Source of the DNA: a virus
Lineage: Duplodnaviria; Heunggongvirae; Uroviricota; Caudoviricetes
Virus record (IMG/VR): IMGVR_UViG_3300018488_000300
Length of the DNA: 64,000 nucleotides
Direction: 5' to 3' (one strand)
The notes below the pieces were generated by a model. The model was not told where the DNA came from and searched no databases. It saw only the letters and a list, made by a program, of their open reading frames with translations. Below are positions 47,656 through 57,789 of this stretch, piece after piece. Position numbers and translations under genes: made by a program. Positions within the stretch are counted from its first letter, which is position 1; every line of letters starts with the position of its first letter.

Positions 47656-48069
47656 TCAGGTCAAGTATTCATGTGCATAACCTACATCAGTTGTATAGTA
47701 TATATTTTTGATTCCTAAATCTTTTATTACATTCATGCATGCCGCACATGGCCTTGCAATACCAAAAGGCTGGTCATTTCTAATTCTATAGATAAATAGC
47801 TTAACCTTTTTAAAATCAATATCTTGGTTTTTTATGCTACTGATGCACATGATTTCAGCATGAATCTTTGGCAACAGATTAGCTGATATCACATTATCAT
47901 TCTGCCGGTATCGGTTATAGTGATACTGCATTGGATGTGTCTTCTCTGAATTGAAACCTGAACCTATCATTCTGCCTTTATAAATGGCAATACATCCAAC
48001 ATGGACTCTGTTGAATTCAGAGTTCATGGCCACTCTCTTTGTCATCTCAAAATATTTCTCTATCATCAT
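47656..48069 (-). CDS. dCMP/cytidine deaminase family zinc enzyme
   Basis: Zinc-binding motifs HAEIMCI and PCAACMNVI (H-A-E ... P-C-x-x-C). Confidence 0.7.
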   Translation of the reverse strand: MMIEKYFEMTKRVAMNSEFNRVHVGCIAIYKGRMIGSGFNSEKTHPMQYHYNRYRQNDNVISANLLPKIHAEIMCISSIKNQDIDFKKVKLFIYRIRNDQPFGIARPCAACMNVIKDLGIKNIYYTTDVGYAHEYLT

Positions 48070-48119
48070 AATTTTATCTCCAATTTTTCATCTTTGAGAT
48101 AATATGTATGATAATTCCT

Positions 48120-48147
48120 CAAAACAAAAAGAGAGGTTTCCCTCTCT
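48120..48147 (-). terminator. Intrinsic terminator after hpf
   Basis: agagaggtttccctctct hairpin with a T-rich tract. Confidence 0.5.
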
Positions 48148-48665
48148 TACATATTTGCTGCAAGCAGCCCGTATCCAGCCTCTTTCCTCCTATATACGAC
48201 ACCTACCCTACCATCCATCACATTCATAAATAAATGAAAGTCATGATCTAAAGCCTCCAGTTCCTCAACCGCCTCTTCAGGAGTCATCATCTGTAAATCA
48301 AACTGTTTTTCTTTCATAATAAGCGGTTTGATTTCTGCTTCTGGCTCTGTTTCTAAAAGCATAACTGGCATACGTTTCTTATCTAATTTCTTTTCTTTCT
48401 GTTTTCTAAGCTGTCTGTTGAGAACTTCTTCTACCAAATCAATTGCTTCATAAAGATCCTTACTTCTGCGTTCTGCTCGGATTTCCTTATTCTTTCCAGT
48501 TGGAATGGCTACCTCAATGATTTGATCATCTTTTACAGTTCGGACAACTACCCTTACCGGCGTGTTTTCCTTTAAATATTTATCACATTTAGAAAGCTTT
48601 TCGGTAATAGCCTCCCTCATACCATCCGTAATTGTAACAGTTTTTCCAATAATAGTAAGTTTCAT
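48147..48665 (-). CDS. hpf: Ribosome hibernation promoting factor, long form (RaiA/YfiA family)
   Basis: MKLTIIGKTVTITDGMREAITEKLSKCDKYL matches the HPF N-terminal consensus. 172 aa with the C-terminal dimerisation extension typical of Firmicutes. Confidence 0.8.
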   Translation of the reverse strand: MKLTIIGKTVTITDGMREAITEKLSKCDKYLKENTPVRVVVRTVKDDQIIEVAIPTGKNKEIRAERRSKDLYEAIDLVEEVLNRQLRKQKEKKLDKKRMPVMLLETEPEAEIKPLIMKEKQFDLQMMTPEEAVEELEALDHDFHLFMNVMDGRVGVVYRRKEAGYGLLAANM

Positions 48666-48888
48666 ATTGAAATTCTCCTTTTGTTTTAATACAGAAATAT
48701 AAAAACATTAAATATGCTCCATCTATTTCTGTTGATGCATATATAATGTCATTTTAACTTCCGATATAATTCGTAATTATCGATGGTCACAAACCGTAAT
48801 ACGCACAGAATACAATTTAGTAGTTATATGATCCTTTTTTTTAACATTATAAACATGTAAAATTTATAGAATAAAAGGAGATATAATT

Positions 48889-49485
48889 ATGGGATATACG
48901 AATATGACTACAATGCCATATGTAATAGAAAGAACAGCTGCTGGAGAAAGATCATATGATATTTTTTCAAGATTACTTAATGACAGAATCATCATGTTAA
49001 CTGGAGAAGTTTGTGATGAAATGGCCGCATCCATCACTTCTCAGCTTCTATTTTTGGATTCTGTTGATCCTGGTAAAGATATTTATTTATACATTAACAG
49101 TCCAGGTGGGTCTGTAACTGCTGGGTTGGCTATTTATGATACAATGAAATATATCAAAAGTGATGTTTCCACAATCTGTATGGGAATGGCTGCTAGCATG
49201 GGAGCATTCCTGCTTGCTGGTGGTACAAAAGGCAAACGTATGATTATGCCGAATGCGGAGGTAATGATTCATCAGCCAAGTGGAGGTGCAAAGGGCCAGG
49301 CAACCGAAATCTTAATCGTCGCTGACCAGATTAAAAAAACCAAAGAACGTTTAAACAGAATTTTATCTGAGAATACCGGGAAGCCCTATGCCACAGTATG
49401 TGAAGATACAGAAAGAGACAACTATCTGACTGCTGATGAAGCATTAGCATATGGTATTGTAGATACAATCGTATCAACAAAATAA
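48889..49485 (+). CDS. clpP: ATP-dependent Clp protease proteolytic subunit ClpP
   Basis: [19 protein letters not shown]..., catalytic Ser context [26 protein letters not shown] block, 198 aa. RBS ggagatataattATG. Confidence 0.9.
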   Translation: MGYTNMTTMPYVIERTAAGERSYDIFSRLLNDRIIMLTGEVCDEMAASITSQLLFLDSVDPGKDIYLYINSPGGSVTAGLAIYDTMKYIKSDVSTICMGMAASMGAFLLAGGTKGKRMIMPNAEVMIHQPSGGAKGQATEILIVADQIKKTKERLNRILSENTGKPYATVCEDTERDNYLTADEALAYGIVDTIVSTK

Positions 49486-49515
49486 AGAAGGCTTGCGCCT
49501 TCTTTTTATTTTATA
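49486..49515 (+). terminator. Intrinsic terminator after clpP
   Basis: aagaaggcttgcgccttctt hairpin followed by tttattttat. Confidence 0.6.
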
Positions 49516-49652
49516 TTATCATCTGATATATTCCTGCAATAAGTGTGTCAATACCGAACACAAATCCAGACAATATTAAAATAGACAAGCTTACCATTAC
49601 CATTGTTTTAATTACTTTAATCTTATCTGGTATATACATTTGGTGAATGCGA

Positions 49653-50975
49653 TTAAACATTATAGACTCCTTTCATCTGGAATAATGACTTTTTGCTATT
49701 CTTTTTCTTATAGTAACTCTGAACCCTTACACTTTGGGCAGCTGTTTTAATTTTTTTGTATGTTTCTATGATTACATTAACGCAGATTAGGATAGATGTA
49801 CCGCCAATACTCAAAACACCTATTCCAAAGATATTACACACCAAAGATGCTCCCAGAACAATGCACAACATCAAACCAGTCCCTAGCACCATCATTTCAA
49901 ACGCATTTGTATGTAAAAATTCTGATGTTGCTTTTCCTGGCCTGATTCCTGGAATTGTAGCACCTTGAGCTTTCAATCTTTGTGCAATTTCAGTGGCATT
50001 AAATGCTATGTCTAAATAAAAATTTGCAAAGAAGTAGGCAAGCAGTATATATACAATGCAACCTAATGTATATTTCAGACTACCTGTTATAAACCAATTA
50101 TTGGGTGATAGGTATTTTGAAATTGTCAATAGTGTTTGATTGGAGCTGAAAGTTGCTGCAATGTTAACCATGCTTATAATACTTCCAGTAAAAATGACCG
50201 GCATCACATTACAGATATTCAATGATATGGGCAAATCTTTTCCTTGCTCATTATTTATGCTCTTTCTCGAAAATCTTATCTGTATTCTTTTTTCAGATAA
50301 ATTCAAATAGATACATCCAGCCAGGAAAGTCATGAATACCATTATTGCTAATGTTAATTTAAAAACAACTGTAACTGGTTTACTATTATACGAAAAACGT
50401 TCATAAATAACAAATAAATCGTTTGGGAATGTTGATAGTATATTAAAGAGCAGAATATAGGATATTCCATTACCCAGTTCCAGTTTTGTTATCTTCTCTC
50501 CCATAATAATCAAAATCGATGCTCCTAATGTCCATATAGAAGTTGCAATAAGGACCATCCACCACGTATATGGGTTCAGCAACCCTCTTGAGCCAAAGCC
50601 TATGGCCATAAAAAGTGATTGAATGAAACTAATTATGATACCCGTTATATTTGTTATTTTTTGAATCTTTTCTTGTCCTGTTTTTCCGTCTTTGCTTAAA
50701 TCTTCTAGCTTTGGGATTATGACTGTCATTAACTGGACGATGATAGAGGCAGTGATATATGGGCTTATGCTTAGTGCAAAAAGTGACATCTTAGAAAATG
50801 AATTACCAGTAATCATATTTAGGAATTGGAATCCAGAGCCAGAAATAATCGATTTCATATAATCGCCATTAATACCTGGTATCGGTATCAGGCTACCGAT
50901 ACGAACAAATATGATGAACCCTAAAATCAACAACAGCTTATTCCTTGTCTCTTTATTTTTCATTAATATAATCAT
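49653..50975 (-). CDS. secY: SecY-family preprotein translocase subunit (divergent, stand-alone paralog)
   Basis: RIGSLIPIPGIN (TM1), ALSISPYITASIIVQLM (TM2 plug region), GATIPGIRPGKATSEF (C4 loop). Ten predicted TM segments. Not embedded in a ribosomal protein operon. Confidence 0.7.
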   Translation of the reverse strand: MIILMKNKETRNKLLLILGFIIFVRIGSLIPIPGINGDYMKSIISGSGFQFLNMITGNSFSKMSLFALSISPYITASIIVQLMTVIIPKLEDLSKDGKTGQEKIQKITNITGIIISFIQSLFMAIGFGSRGLLNPYTWWMVLIATSIWTLGASILIIMGEKITKLELGNGISYILLFNILSTFPNDLFVIYERFSYNSKPVTVVFKLTLAIMVFMTFLAGCIYLNLSEKRIQIRFSRKSINNEQGKDLPISLNICNVMPVIFTGSIISMVNIAATFSSNQTLLTISKYLSPNNWFITGSLKYTLGCIVYILLAYFFANFYLDIAFNATEIAQRLKAQGATIPGIRPGKATSEFLHTNAFEMMVLGTGLMLCIVLGASLVCNIFGIGVLSIGGTSILICVNVIIETYKKIKTAAQSVRVQSYYKKKNSKKSLFQMKGVYNV

Positions 50976-51039
50976 AATTTATTACACCTTTCTTTTATTT
51001 CATAGTTAGTATGATAGGATTACGCAAAAATGCTCGACC

Positions 51040-51076
51040 AAAAAAAAAAAAAATAAAAGGCCAAAAGGCCTTTTTA
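51040..51076. terminator. Bidirectional intrinsic terminator
   Basis: aaggccaaaaggcctt hairpin flanked by A14 and T5. Confidence 0.55.
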
Positions 51077-51083
51077 TAAGTTT

Positions 51084-51569
51084 TCAGTTTGGTTTACCCA
51101 AAAGAAAACCTTGTAAATAGTTAACTTTATCTTTTAGATAAAATAATTCTTCATCTGTTTCTATGCCTTCAGCAATTATAAGACAAGAATATCCATCTGC
51201 AATATCCAAGATATTTTTTAACTGTTTTTGTTTTTCTTCATCATCATGTATTCCAGAAATAACACTTCTATCTATCTTTAGGTAATTAGGAGAAATTGAT
51301 AGCAAATTCTCAAATGTGTTAACTCCATAATCATCGAATGCAAACAGCACTTCATAGCTTTTACATCATTTTTCTTCTGCTGTACCAATTCCTGATCCAA
51401 ATCAGGATATTCAAGTATTTCAATAAAAATCGGAATATGATTTGCAATCATTAATTACCTTCACAATCGTCGCATCAGTAAATCTCATTAATCCTTCATA
51501 TGCAAATATTTGCATTGTTCCATCAAAAATCGGTTGAAAAACCATTCTCACATGTTCCGCCATATTTCA
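51084..51569 (-). pseudogene. EAL-domain (c-di-GMP phosphodiesterase-type) gene broken into three frames
   Basis: Frame a: MAEHVRMVFQPIFDGTMQIFAYEGLMRF... Frame b: ...HIPIFIEILEYPDLD... Frame c (listed 51084..51350): LFAFDDYGVNTFENLLSISPNYLKIDRSV...AEGIETDEELFYLKD..LQGFLLGKP. Together these give the EAL consensus in order. Confidence 0.55.
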
Positions 51570-51613
51570 CCTCCACACATTGATACATCTTAAGTATGTC
51601 AGTTAGGCCAATA

Positions 51614-53125
51614 TGAAGTCTCACATGACTAAAAGTCACGTGTTTCTGTAAACCTTTAGAGCTTACTGCATTATCCTGAATACAGCCTGAACTTAGCACT
51701 TAAAGAGCTAACTCTTTTAATACCACATTCAGGTTAATTAACGAGGATAAAGTACAGGTACTTCTCCTAGATAATTCAGGTACTTTTGCCTGAATTTCTA
51801 ACCTATCCCTCTCGGGTAAGGATTTTATAATTTCTCTGATATAATATCGCGCTCCGATATTATAAGCAGCATTTAGGTCTGTATGATATTCTTTTCCAGT
51901 CTGGAACGTGCAAAGGCTATAATTATTTTTACATCTTTGCACAAATCCGGAACCATCGAAGGCCAACACACTTGTATACTTCGGATTTACCCTAGATATC
52001 CGGATTCCTTCTCTATGAGCCTTATGTGTTACCATACCTGGATGGCCTGCTTCCTCCATAAATGAAGCCGATGTCTCTTAGAACCTTGCTTCTTACCTTT
52101 CATATCCAGATGTTCAAATACAATTACATATACATGGTATTCCAAAGCACATTCTATAATTGCATTTGCTGTCATCTCTGAGATATGTCTGTTTGTATGA
52201 TTTGTAAATATCCAGGCTTTCCTGGCCTTATAATTACCATGCTGCTGTTGCTTTTTGATACGGTTAATCTGATGATTCAGCCGGTCTTTTTCTGTTGGAT
52301 AGGAAATAATTGTCCTTCCGATGACAGTTCCGTCTGATAATATCGCCGTACATGCTGCTGCATTATTAATTCCAAGGTCAACTGACAGGATGATTCTGGT
52401 TTCAATTGGTTCCTCCGACAAAATTACTGATTTTTCATAAGAGAACCGTAAAGATGCTGACTTACCCTTTATTTCAAGGACCGGAGAGCCTTCTTTTAAG
52501 TTTGAGCAGTGACGTTTAATATAATCTACATCACTTTTTCTCAACGTTACAGAAATCCATACCCAATCCTTTCAATGAAAGATTTTTATTTCAGCGGAAT
52601 AATCACTCAACCGGTTATAGGCGTTCTTTTTATAGAACACCGGCATGACGTTACGGTTAATCGATAGTCTGGGTTTCTTTGTGGATTGATCCGACTTCTC
52701 CCAGTTACTTAAGGCCGACTGATAGGAAGAATACGCTCCAATTGCTGACTGGATAGCAGCTCTTCTTAAGTAACTTGGAAACTTATAAAATACAGAATCA
52801 AAATCATATTGAGGACTGGGATTTAGAATTGTTCTGTGTGTGAGTTTCTCCAATACACCATTCTTCTGCTTTCCAGGCAAAGAAACAAGATTCTCCCATT
52901 CAGAATCGAGGACCTGTATGAAGAATGTAACTGCCTGTTGATATAGTTTGATCGTATCGTTAAAAATGTGGTTGTAGTGTTTAATCTTAACTTCATAGGA
53001 TGAAATGATCTTCATACAGTCCTCCTTTCTCTACTGAATATTATAATGTAATTTTTTTGATTTGTTAACCAGCTAACTCATCACTAAAGTAACGAGTATG
53101 CGCTGATTTTTTAATCAAAAAGTAC
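51614..53125 (-). mobile_element. Degraded third copy of the copy-A-type IS200/IS605 tnpB-only element
   Basis: Both ends align with 27157..28700 (the shared right-end block gaagtctcaca...cctgaatatagcctgaacttag and the left-end block ...ttgttaaccagctaactcatcactaaagtaacgagtatgcgctg...ttaatcaaaaa). Confidence 0.6.
51700..53015 (-). pseudogene. tnpB: tnpB pseudogene (split into ORFs 51700..52059, 52029..52544, 52572..53015)
   Basis: The three ORFs are collinear with, and about 90% identical in protein to, the intact copy-A TnpB, with a deletion removing the segment around the Glu motif. Confidence 0.65.
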
Positions 53126-53153
53126 GAATCAGATATTACTTTCCCTAATATAA

Positions 53154-54467
53154 TTACTCTTCAGCTATTAAATCCTGATTATCTTCCTGCTGTATATTTT
53201 CAAATCCCGGTCCATAATTTTCATTCGAAGTTTCTTCTGGTATATAAATTGGTGTACCTGGTCCTATCTCCACTTCTTCATATGGTTCCGATTCCACCAT
53301 ATTCTGTGTATCTGTTTCTGTAGATTGTGATGTTTCTGATTCTATTGTCGATTGTACATCTATCGTTTCAGGAACACTATTTGATTCAATTACTTCTGTT
53401 TCCTTTGGAATCGCTTTATTTGATTGTTTTGTATCTCCACCTAAGCGTTTATTGTCAATTTTCTTACTAATGGAAGACACTTGCCCAGAAGGAACATAAC
53501 CTTCGGTACCATATAAAAATTCATGTAATTTGGAGACGTTTGTTTCAAAATTGTCTGGGAAAACAAAATCCTGTTTATACACATTTTTCTCAATTACATC
53601 AAATGGAAAACCACCTGTTTTTATCAATTTATATTTCGTGATATTCATTGCTGCTGCAAGCACATTATTTGTATCAATTGAGGATGAGGTCATTGGGAAA
53701 ACCGTAACAATGATATTATTCAGTGTCGCCCAATCCGAGTGTTTTGCTTTTTCTAATACTGCTGCAAGAACAGTTCTCTGTCTCTCTGTCCGCTTATAAT
53801 CATTTCCTACCGTATACCGGATTCTGGAATACGCAACTGCTTGAATTCCATCCAAATGCTGCATCCCTGTTTCATGTATCTGATAGGATCCTATTCCTGT
53901 GCTATTCACTGTTTCTGTTATATATCCATTGATATATTTCAATTCGTCTTTTGTGATTTCAATATCAACGCCGCCTAAAATATTAATTGCTGTTGCAACA
54001 GCTTTCCAATTTACAGCTACATAGTCATCAATTTCCAAATCAAGGTTTTCATTTAGTACCTCTACGGCCTTCTTAGGTCCGCCAATTGCATATGCTTCAT
54101 TTACTTTTCGGTATCGATTATCACCAGTTTTTAAGCATGTATCCCTATATACAGAAATCAAATTAATATCACCAGTTTTATTGTTAATAGATGCAAGGAT
54201 AATGACATCTGAATTTGCACCAGACAATCCGTCTGTATCTCTTGTATCCAGTCCGAATAAAGCAACTGTCCAATTATCCTTTAATGTTGATATAACATCA
54301 TTTGATATATTGGGATTTGTCATTTCCTTAACTTCTTCCTTATCAGTTCTTTGCATCAATCCCATTGTCTGGTCTACTTTTTTATATCCTATAAACACAA
54401 CAAGTACTAAAATTGTTATCAATGCTAAAATTACAGCGGCACTTATTTCCTCAATTTTTTTCTTCAT
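53154..54467 (-). CDS. LytR-CpsA-Psr (LCP) family cell-envelope protein
   Basis: N-terminal TM anchor, then WTVALFGLDTRDTDGLSGANSDVIILASINNKTGDINLISVYRDT (LCP core, RSD..ILA....LLSIPRDT) and an acidic S/T/E-rich tail. Confidence 0.75.
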   Translation of the reverse strand: MKKKIEEISAAVILALITILVLVVFIGYKKVDQTMGLMQRTDKEEVKEMTNPNISNDVISTLKDNWTVALFGLDTRDTDGLSGANSDVIILASINNKTGDINLISVYRDTCLKTGDNRYRKVNEAYAIGGPKKAVEVLNENLDLEIDDYVAVNWKAVATAINILGGVDIEITKDELKYINGYITETVNSTGIGSYQIHETGMQHLDGIQAVAYSRIRYTVGNDYKRTERQRTVLAAVLEKAKHSDWATLNNIIVTVFPMTSSSIDTNNVLAAAMNITKYKLIKTGGFPFDVIEKNVYKQDFVFPDNFETNVSKLHEFLYGTEGYVPSGQVSSISKKIDNKRLGGDTKQSNKAIPKETEVIESNSVPETIDVQSTIESETSQSTETDTQNMVESEPYEEVEIGPGTPIYIPEETSNENYGPGFENIQQEDNQDLIAEE

Positions 54468-54524
54468 ATTTTATCTCCTTATGTCAGTTATGTAATTCAT
54501 TTATAGTATGTCAAGATTTGGAGA

Positions 54525-54554
54525 TAAAAAATAAAAAGGCATGGCTGCCTTTTT
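54525..54554 (-). terminator. Intrinsic terminator
   Basis: aggcatggctgcct hairpin with T-rich flanks. Confidence 0.5.
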
Positions 54555-54569
54555 AAATTAATCTATATA

Positions 54570-55787
54570 CTATTTATTAGTCAGTTCTCCTTTTGATTTT
54601 CCCATCATTTCTAACCTTAAATTTTCAGATGATTCAATACTATCTACAATCTTCTGTCCTTGCGTCACAAGCGTATCAAATTCTGCTAAAGTCTGCTTCA
54701 TTTGCGGTAATGCTTTCTGCTTGTAGGTATTAATAGACTCAAACGCTTCTAATGCATCACTGATAGCCAATTTAAGTGTATCCATATCAATATTAGTTTC
54801 AATTGCTTGTTTTTGTATTTCAGTGCCTTGAGTCTTCAACATTTTTGATGTCGTAGCAATCATATCGTTTGTTGTATTATTAACTATATTGATTTTGGAC
54901 ATAACAAGATTTTGGTTATATAAAGATCCTGCAACAATAACGGCCGTTCTTAATGCAGACACAGTTACAAACTTAGCTCTTTCAACGGAACGAATCAGTT
55001 CATAATTATTTCTTTTTGTTGTCTCCATTGCAATGATACCCTGTTGATTCACTGCCAGCTTCTGACTAAAATCAATCATCCTTTGTCTTAATGAAAAAAG
55101 GATTTCTTCTTCAATAAATTTAATCTTTTCATTATCGCCATTCTGCGCACGCATATTGTTTATCTGCATGGTTAAATAGTCATCCAATTCCTGACCAAGT
55201 TTTCTTTTCTCGATTAACTGTTTTGAGATATTTCTCATTGATGTTGTCTCAATTTCAAGTGTTGTGTTATCATCCTTAAGAATGGTTGATCCCTCTTCCA
55301 ATGCTTTGATTATGTTTCCGATTACAATATCTGCTGTTTCATATTTTTTGAAATATTTCTTTATGGGATTTAAAAAATTTCCCAAAAATCCCTTTTTTGT
55401 GAAATCTATCCCAGCCGGATTTAATTCAGCCACTTCTGTTGATAGTTTATCAAGGCCATTTGCTACAGCCTGGCTATCTCCACCCATCCGATTTAATTCA
55501 CTGATCCGCTTTCCCAAAATCGCATTTTTTTCTTCTGACTGTTCCATTAAGTCTGATCCAAATGTCTCAATTGCTTTAATTAATTGCTGACGATTAGAAA
55601 AATCATATGCATCAACCTGAAGAATCTGGTCTGCTTTTTCTCTTGCCACATCAGAAATCACAATTTCTCTTTCGTCTGATAGTTTTAACTCTTTTTCCAA
55701 ATTTTCTTTTATATCCTCTACCTTTGGTAAATCCAGGCTAAAGTTTTCCATTTCATATTCTCCTTTTCCTTTACTAACTAAAATCAC
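54570..55787 (-). CDS. TelA-like (toxic anion resistance) all-alpha protein, tentative
   Basis: About 400-aa helical protein whose length and composition resemble the TelA/KlaA family. No diagnostic motif confirmed. Confidence 0.35.
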   Translation of the reverse strand: MILVSKGKGEYEMENFSLDLPKVEDIKENLEKELKLSDEREIVISDVAREKADQILQVDAYDFSNRQQLIKAIETFGSDLMEQSEEKNAILGKRISELNRMGGDSQAVANGLDKLSTEVAELNPAGIDFTKKGFLGNFLNPIKKYFKKYETADIVIGNIIKALEEGSTILKDDNTTLEIETTSMRNISKQLIEKRKLGQELDDYLTMQINNMRAQNGDNEKIKFIEEEILFSLRQRMIDFSQKLAVNQQGIIAMETTKRNNYELIRSVERAKFVTVSALRTAVIVAGSLYNQNLVMSKINIVNNTTNDMIATTSKMLKTQGTEIQKQAIETNIDMDTLKLAISDALEAFESINTYKQKALPQMKQTLAEFDTLVTQGQKIVDSIESSENLRLEMMGKSKGELTNK

Positions 55788-55836
55788 AATATTATCTCCT
55801 GACTTCAGTTGTTGCTAGTAGTATGTAAAATACATT

Positions 55837-56358
55837 TTATTGCTTATAGAATTTTAGTTGTTCCACTAGTTCTTCTATTTTTTTGCTTGACTCTGACATT
55901 TCTTCAGTCCTATCATTTAGTTCGATTATTTCATGAATAATGCCTTCAATTTGAATAATTAGCTTTTCATTTTCCGTTATGCAATCTCTGATTTTATCAA
56001 TTGTGTCCTCATACATTTCCAATTTTTGATACTGGAGTTCCTTTGGAATAGATAAATGAAATGCCTGTAATCTTTTATATTCATTATCGTCAAAAGTATC
56101 CATAATTTTTTTAATATAAGCATAATTGTTGATTAGGTTCTCCGAAACTTCTGCTATCATCCCATCAAACCTATTATATGTGAAACTTTTTTGTTTAAAG
56201 CGATTTTCTAACGCTTCTTCTAACTGTACCAGTATTGAGTAAAATCTATTTCTTTGTTCCTCAATGGATTTTATACTATTTTTAAAAACCGTCTTATCAC
56301 TTGTAATTGAATGATTACATAGCTCATTTTTTATTTCACTTATACTATAGTATTTCAT
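55837..56358 (-). CDS. Hypothetical coiled-coil protein (173 aa)
   Basis: ORF only. Confidence 0.4.
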   Translation of the reverse strand: MKYYSISEIKNELCNHSITSDKTVFKNSIKSIEEQRNRFYSILVQLEEALENRFKQKSFTYNRFDGMIAEVSENLINNYAYIKKIMDTFDDNEYKRLQAFHLSIPKELQYQKLEMYEDTIDKIRDCITENEKLIIQIEGIIHEIIELNDRTEEMSESSKKIEELVEQLKFYKQ

Positions 56359-56730
56359 ATATATTTCTCTCTTTCTTTTCTTTTATCACATATAGTATGA
56401 TTGGATTTTTATGTTTGAAACAAGAGGATTCTTGTTTTTTTAATATTTTTTAATACATATTAATAATATAAGAATTTTGAAAGGGAGATGAATTATGGGA
56501 TGTATCAATTGTCCTTATATTAAAGATGAATTGGAACTTTATATGAATCGGTTTGGGTACGCTGAAATGGAGGATCATCCAGGCTTTGAAAAAGATGTGA
56601 TCGAAATGATAGCTGAAACTTGTTGGTGTGATAAAATAGGCCACCGCATTGGATTATATGATCAATGTACATAATATAAGATATTATTCCTGGTATGGAA
56701 AATTCTGATGGTTGAACTCAATTTCATATA

Positions 56731-56755
56731 TAATAAAAAGAGGCATTTGCCTCTT
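56731..56755 (-). terminator. Intrinsic terminator
   Basis: agaggcatttgcctct hairpin with a T-run. Confidence 0.6.
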
Positions 56756-56785
56756 TTATGTTATAAATGGTATTATAACTGATAC

Positions 56786-57544
56786 TCATAACAATATAAA
56801 TGCAATTATTATCATCAAAAAAATACTTACTCCTGATACACCTTCTATATTTCCATTTAGAATTCCAATTATAATCCGAATCAATCCAATTACTAAATTA
56901 AAGAATGCAATGAATTTTAAGATTGGAAGAATTTTGCCTAATAACAACATCATTTCATTATCAACTATATTTGAAATTGTAGCTTTTTCTCCTGATTCAA
57001 AAACATCAGCAGACTGTTGTGATTCCGTAGTATCTATAGTATCTAGATTCTTGGATTTTTTTTCTATGTGCTTACCATCTATTGGTTCAACTACATCCAT
57101 TTCCTTCTTCTCTTTATCACCAATATCAACTTTTCCTGCTATGTTTTCAGATATGCTTGACTCAACACTATTAACTGGATTAACTGTACTATTATCATCC
57201 TGCTTAGGATATAAAACCATTAGTATATAGCCTCCAATTATTATAGCTATGATTATAGCAAAAATCCATTTCAAAATTACTGCACTTCCATTGGTGTCTT
57301 TAATTTCTTCTGTCTTTATTCCTTTTTTTCCGGATTCTTTAAATTTTAACTCAGCATGTTTTTTTTCTTCTAATAATTGCTCCTTGTTGTCGATTGTTTT
57401 TATTACATCATAGTTCATACCACAAAATGGACATGTTGATGTTATTTTATTTGTATCTATTTGTAATTCATGTTTGCAGTTAATACAAATCCCTTCACGA
57501 AATCTCATTATCTTACTTCCTCTATATCTCATGTTTTGGCTCAT
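56786..57544 (-). CDS. Zinc-ribbon / single-pass membrane protein (252 aa)
   Basis: N-terminal CINCKH...CPFCG zinc ribbon, one TM segment, then an extracytoplasmic S/D/E-rich region and a C-terminal hydrophobic helix. Confidence 0.45.
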   Translation of the reverse strand: MSQNMRYRGSKIMRFREGICINCKHELQIDTNKITSTCPFCGMNYDVIKTIDNKEQLLEEKKHAELKFKESGKKGIKTEEIKDTNGSAVILKWIFAIIIAIIIGGYILMVLYPKQDDNSTVNPVNSVESSISENIAGKVDIGDKEKKEMDVVEPIDGKHIEKKSKNLDTIDTTESQQSADVFESGEKATISNIVDNEMMLLLGKILPILKFIAFFNLVIGLIRIIIGILNGNIEGVSGVSIFLMIIIAFILL

Positions 57545-57789
57545 TCATTATCTGAATTTTCAATTACAATTAATATGAGAGATTGCAATGAGATTGAAAA
57601 ATATAAGGATTATTTTTTATATTATTGTGTTATCTTATTTGTACAACCAGTTATCTTCATTATAATTCTGGATTTGATTAATAATCCTATTAAGATATGC
57701 ATCATTGTACGCTTTATCATCCGTTGCATACCATACCTCAGATTGTCCAAATCCAAAATGTTGGCCTTTATTTCTAGGTGCCATCCATA

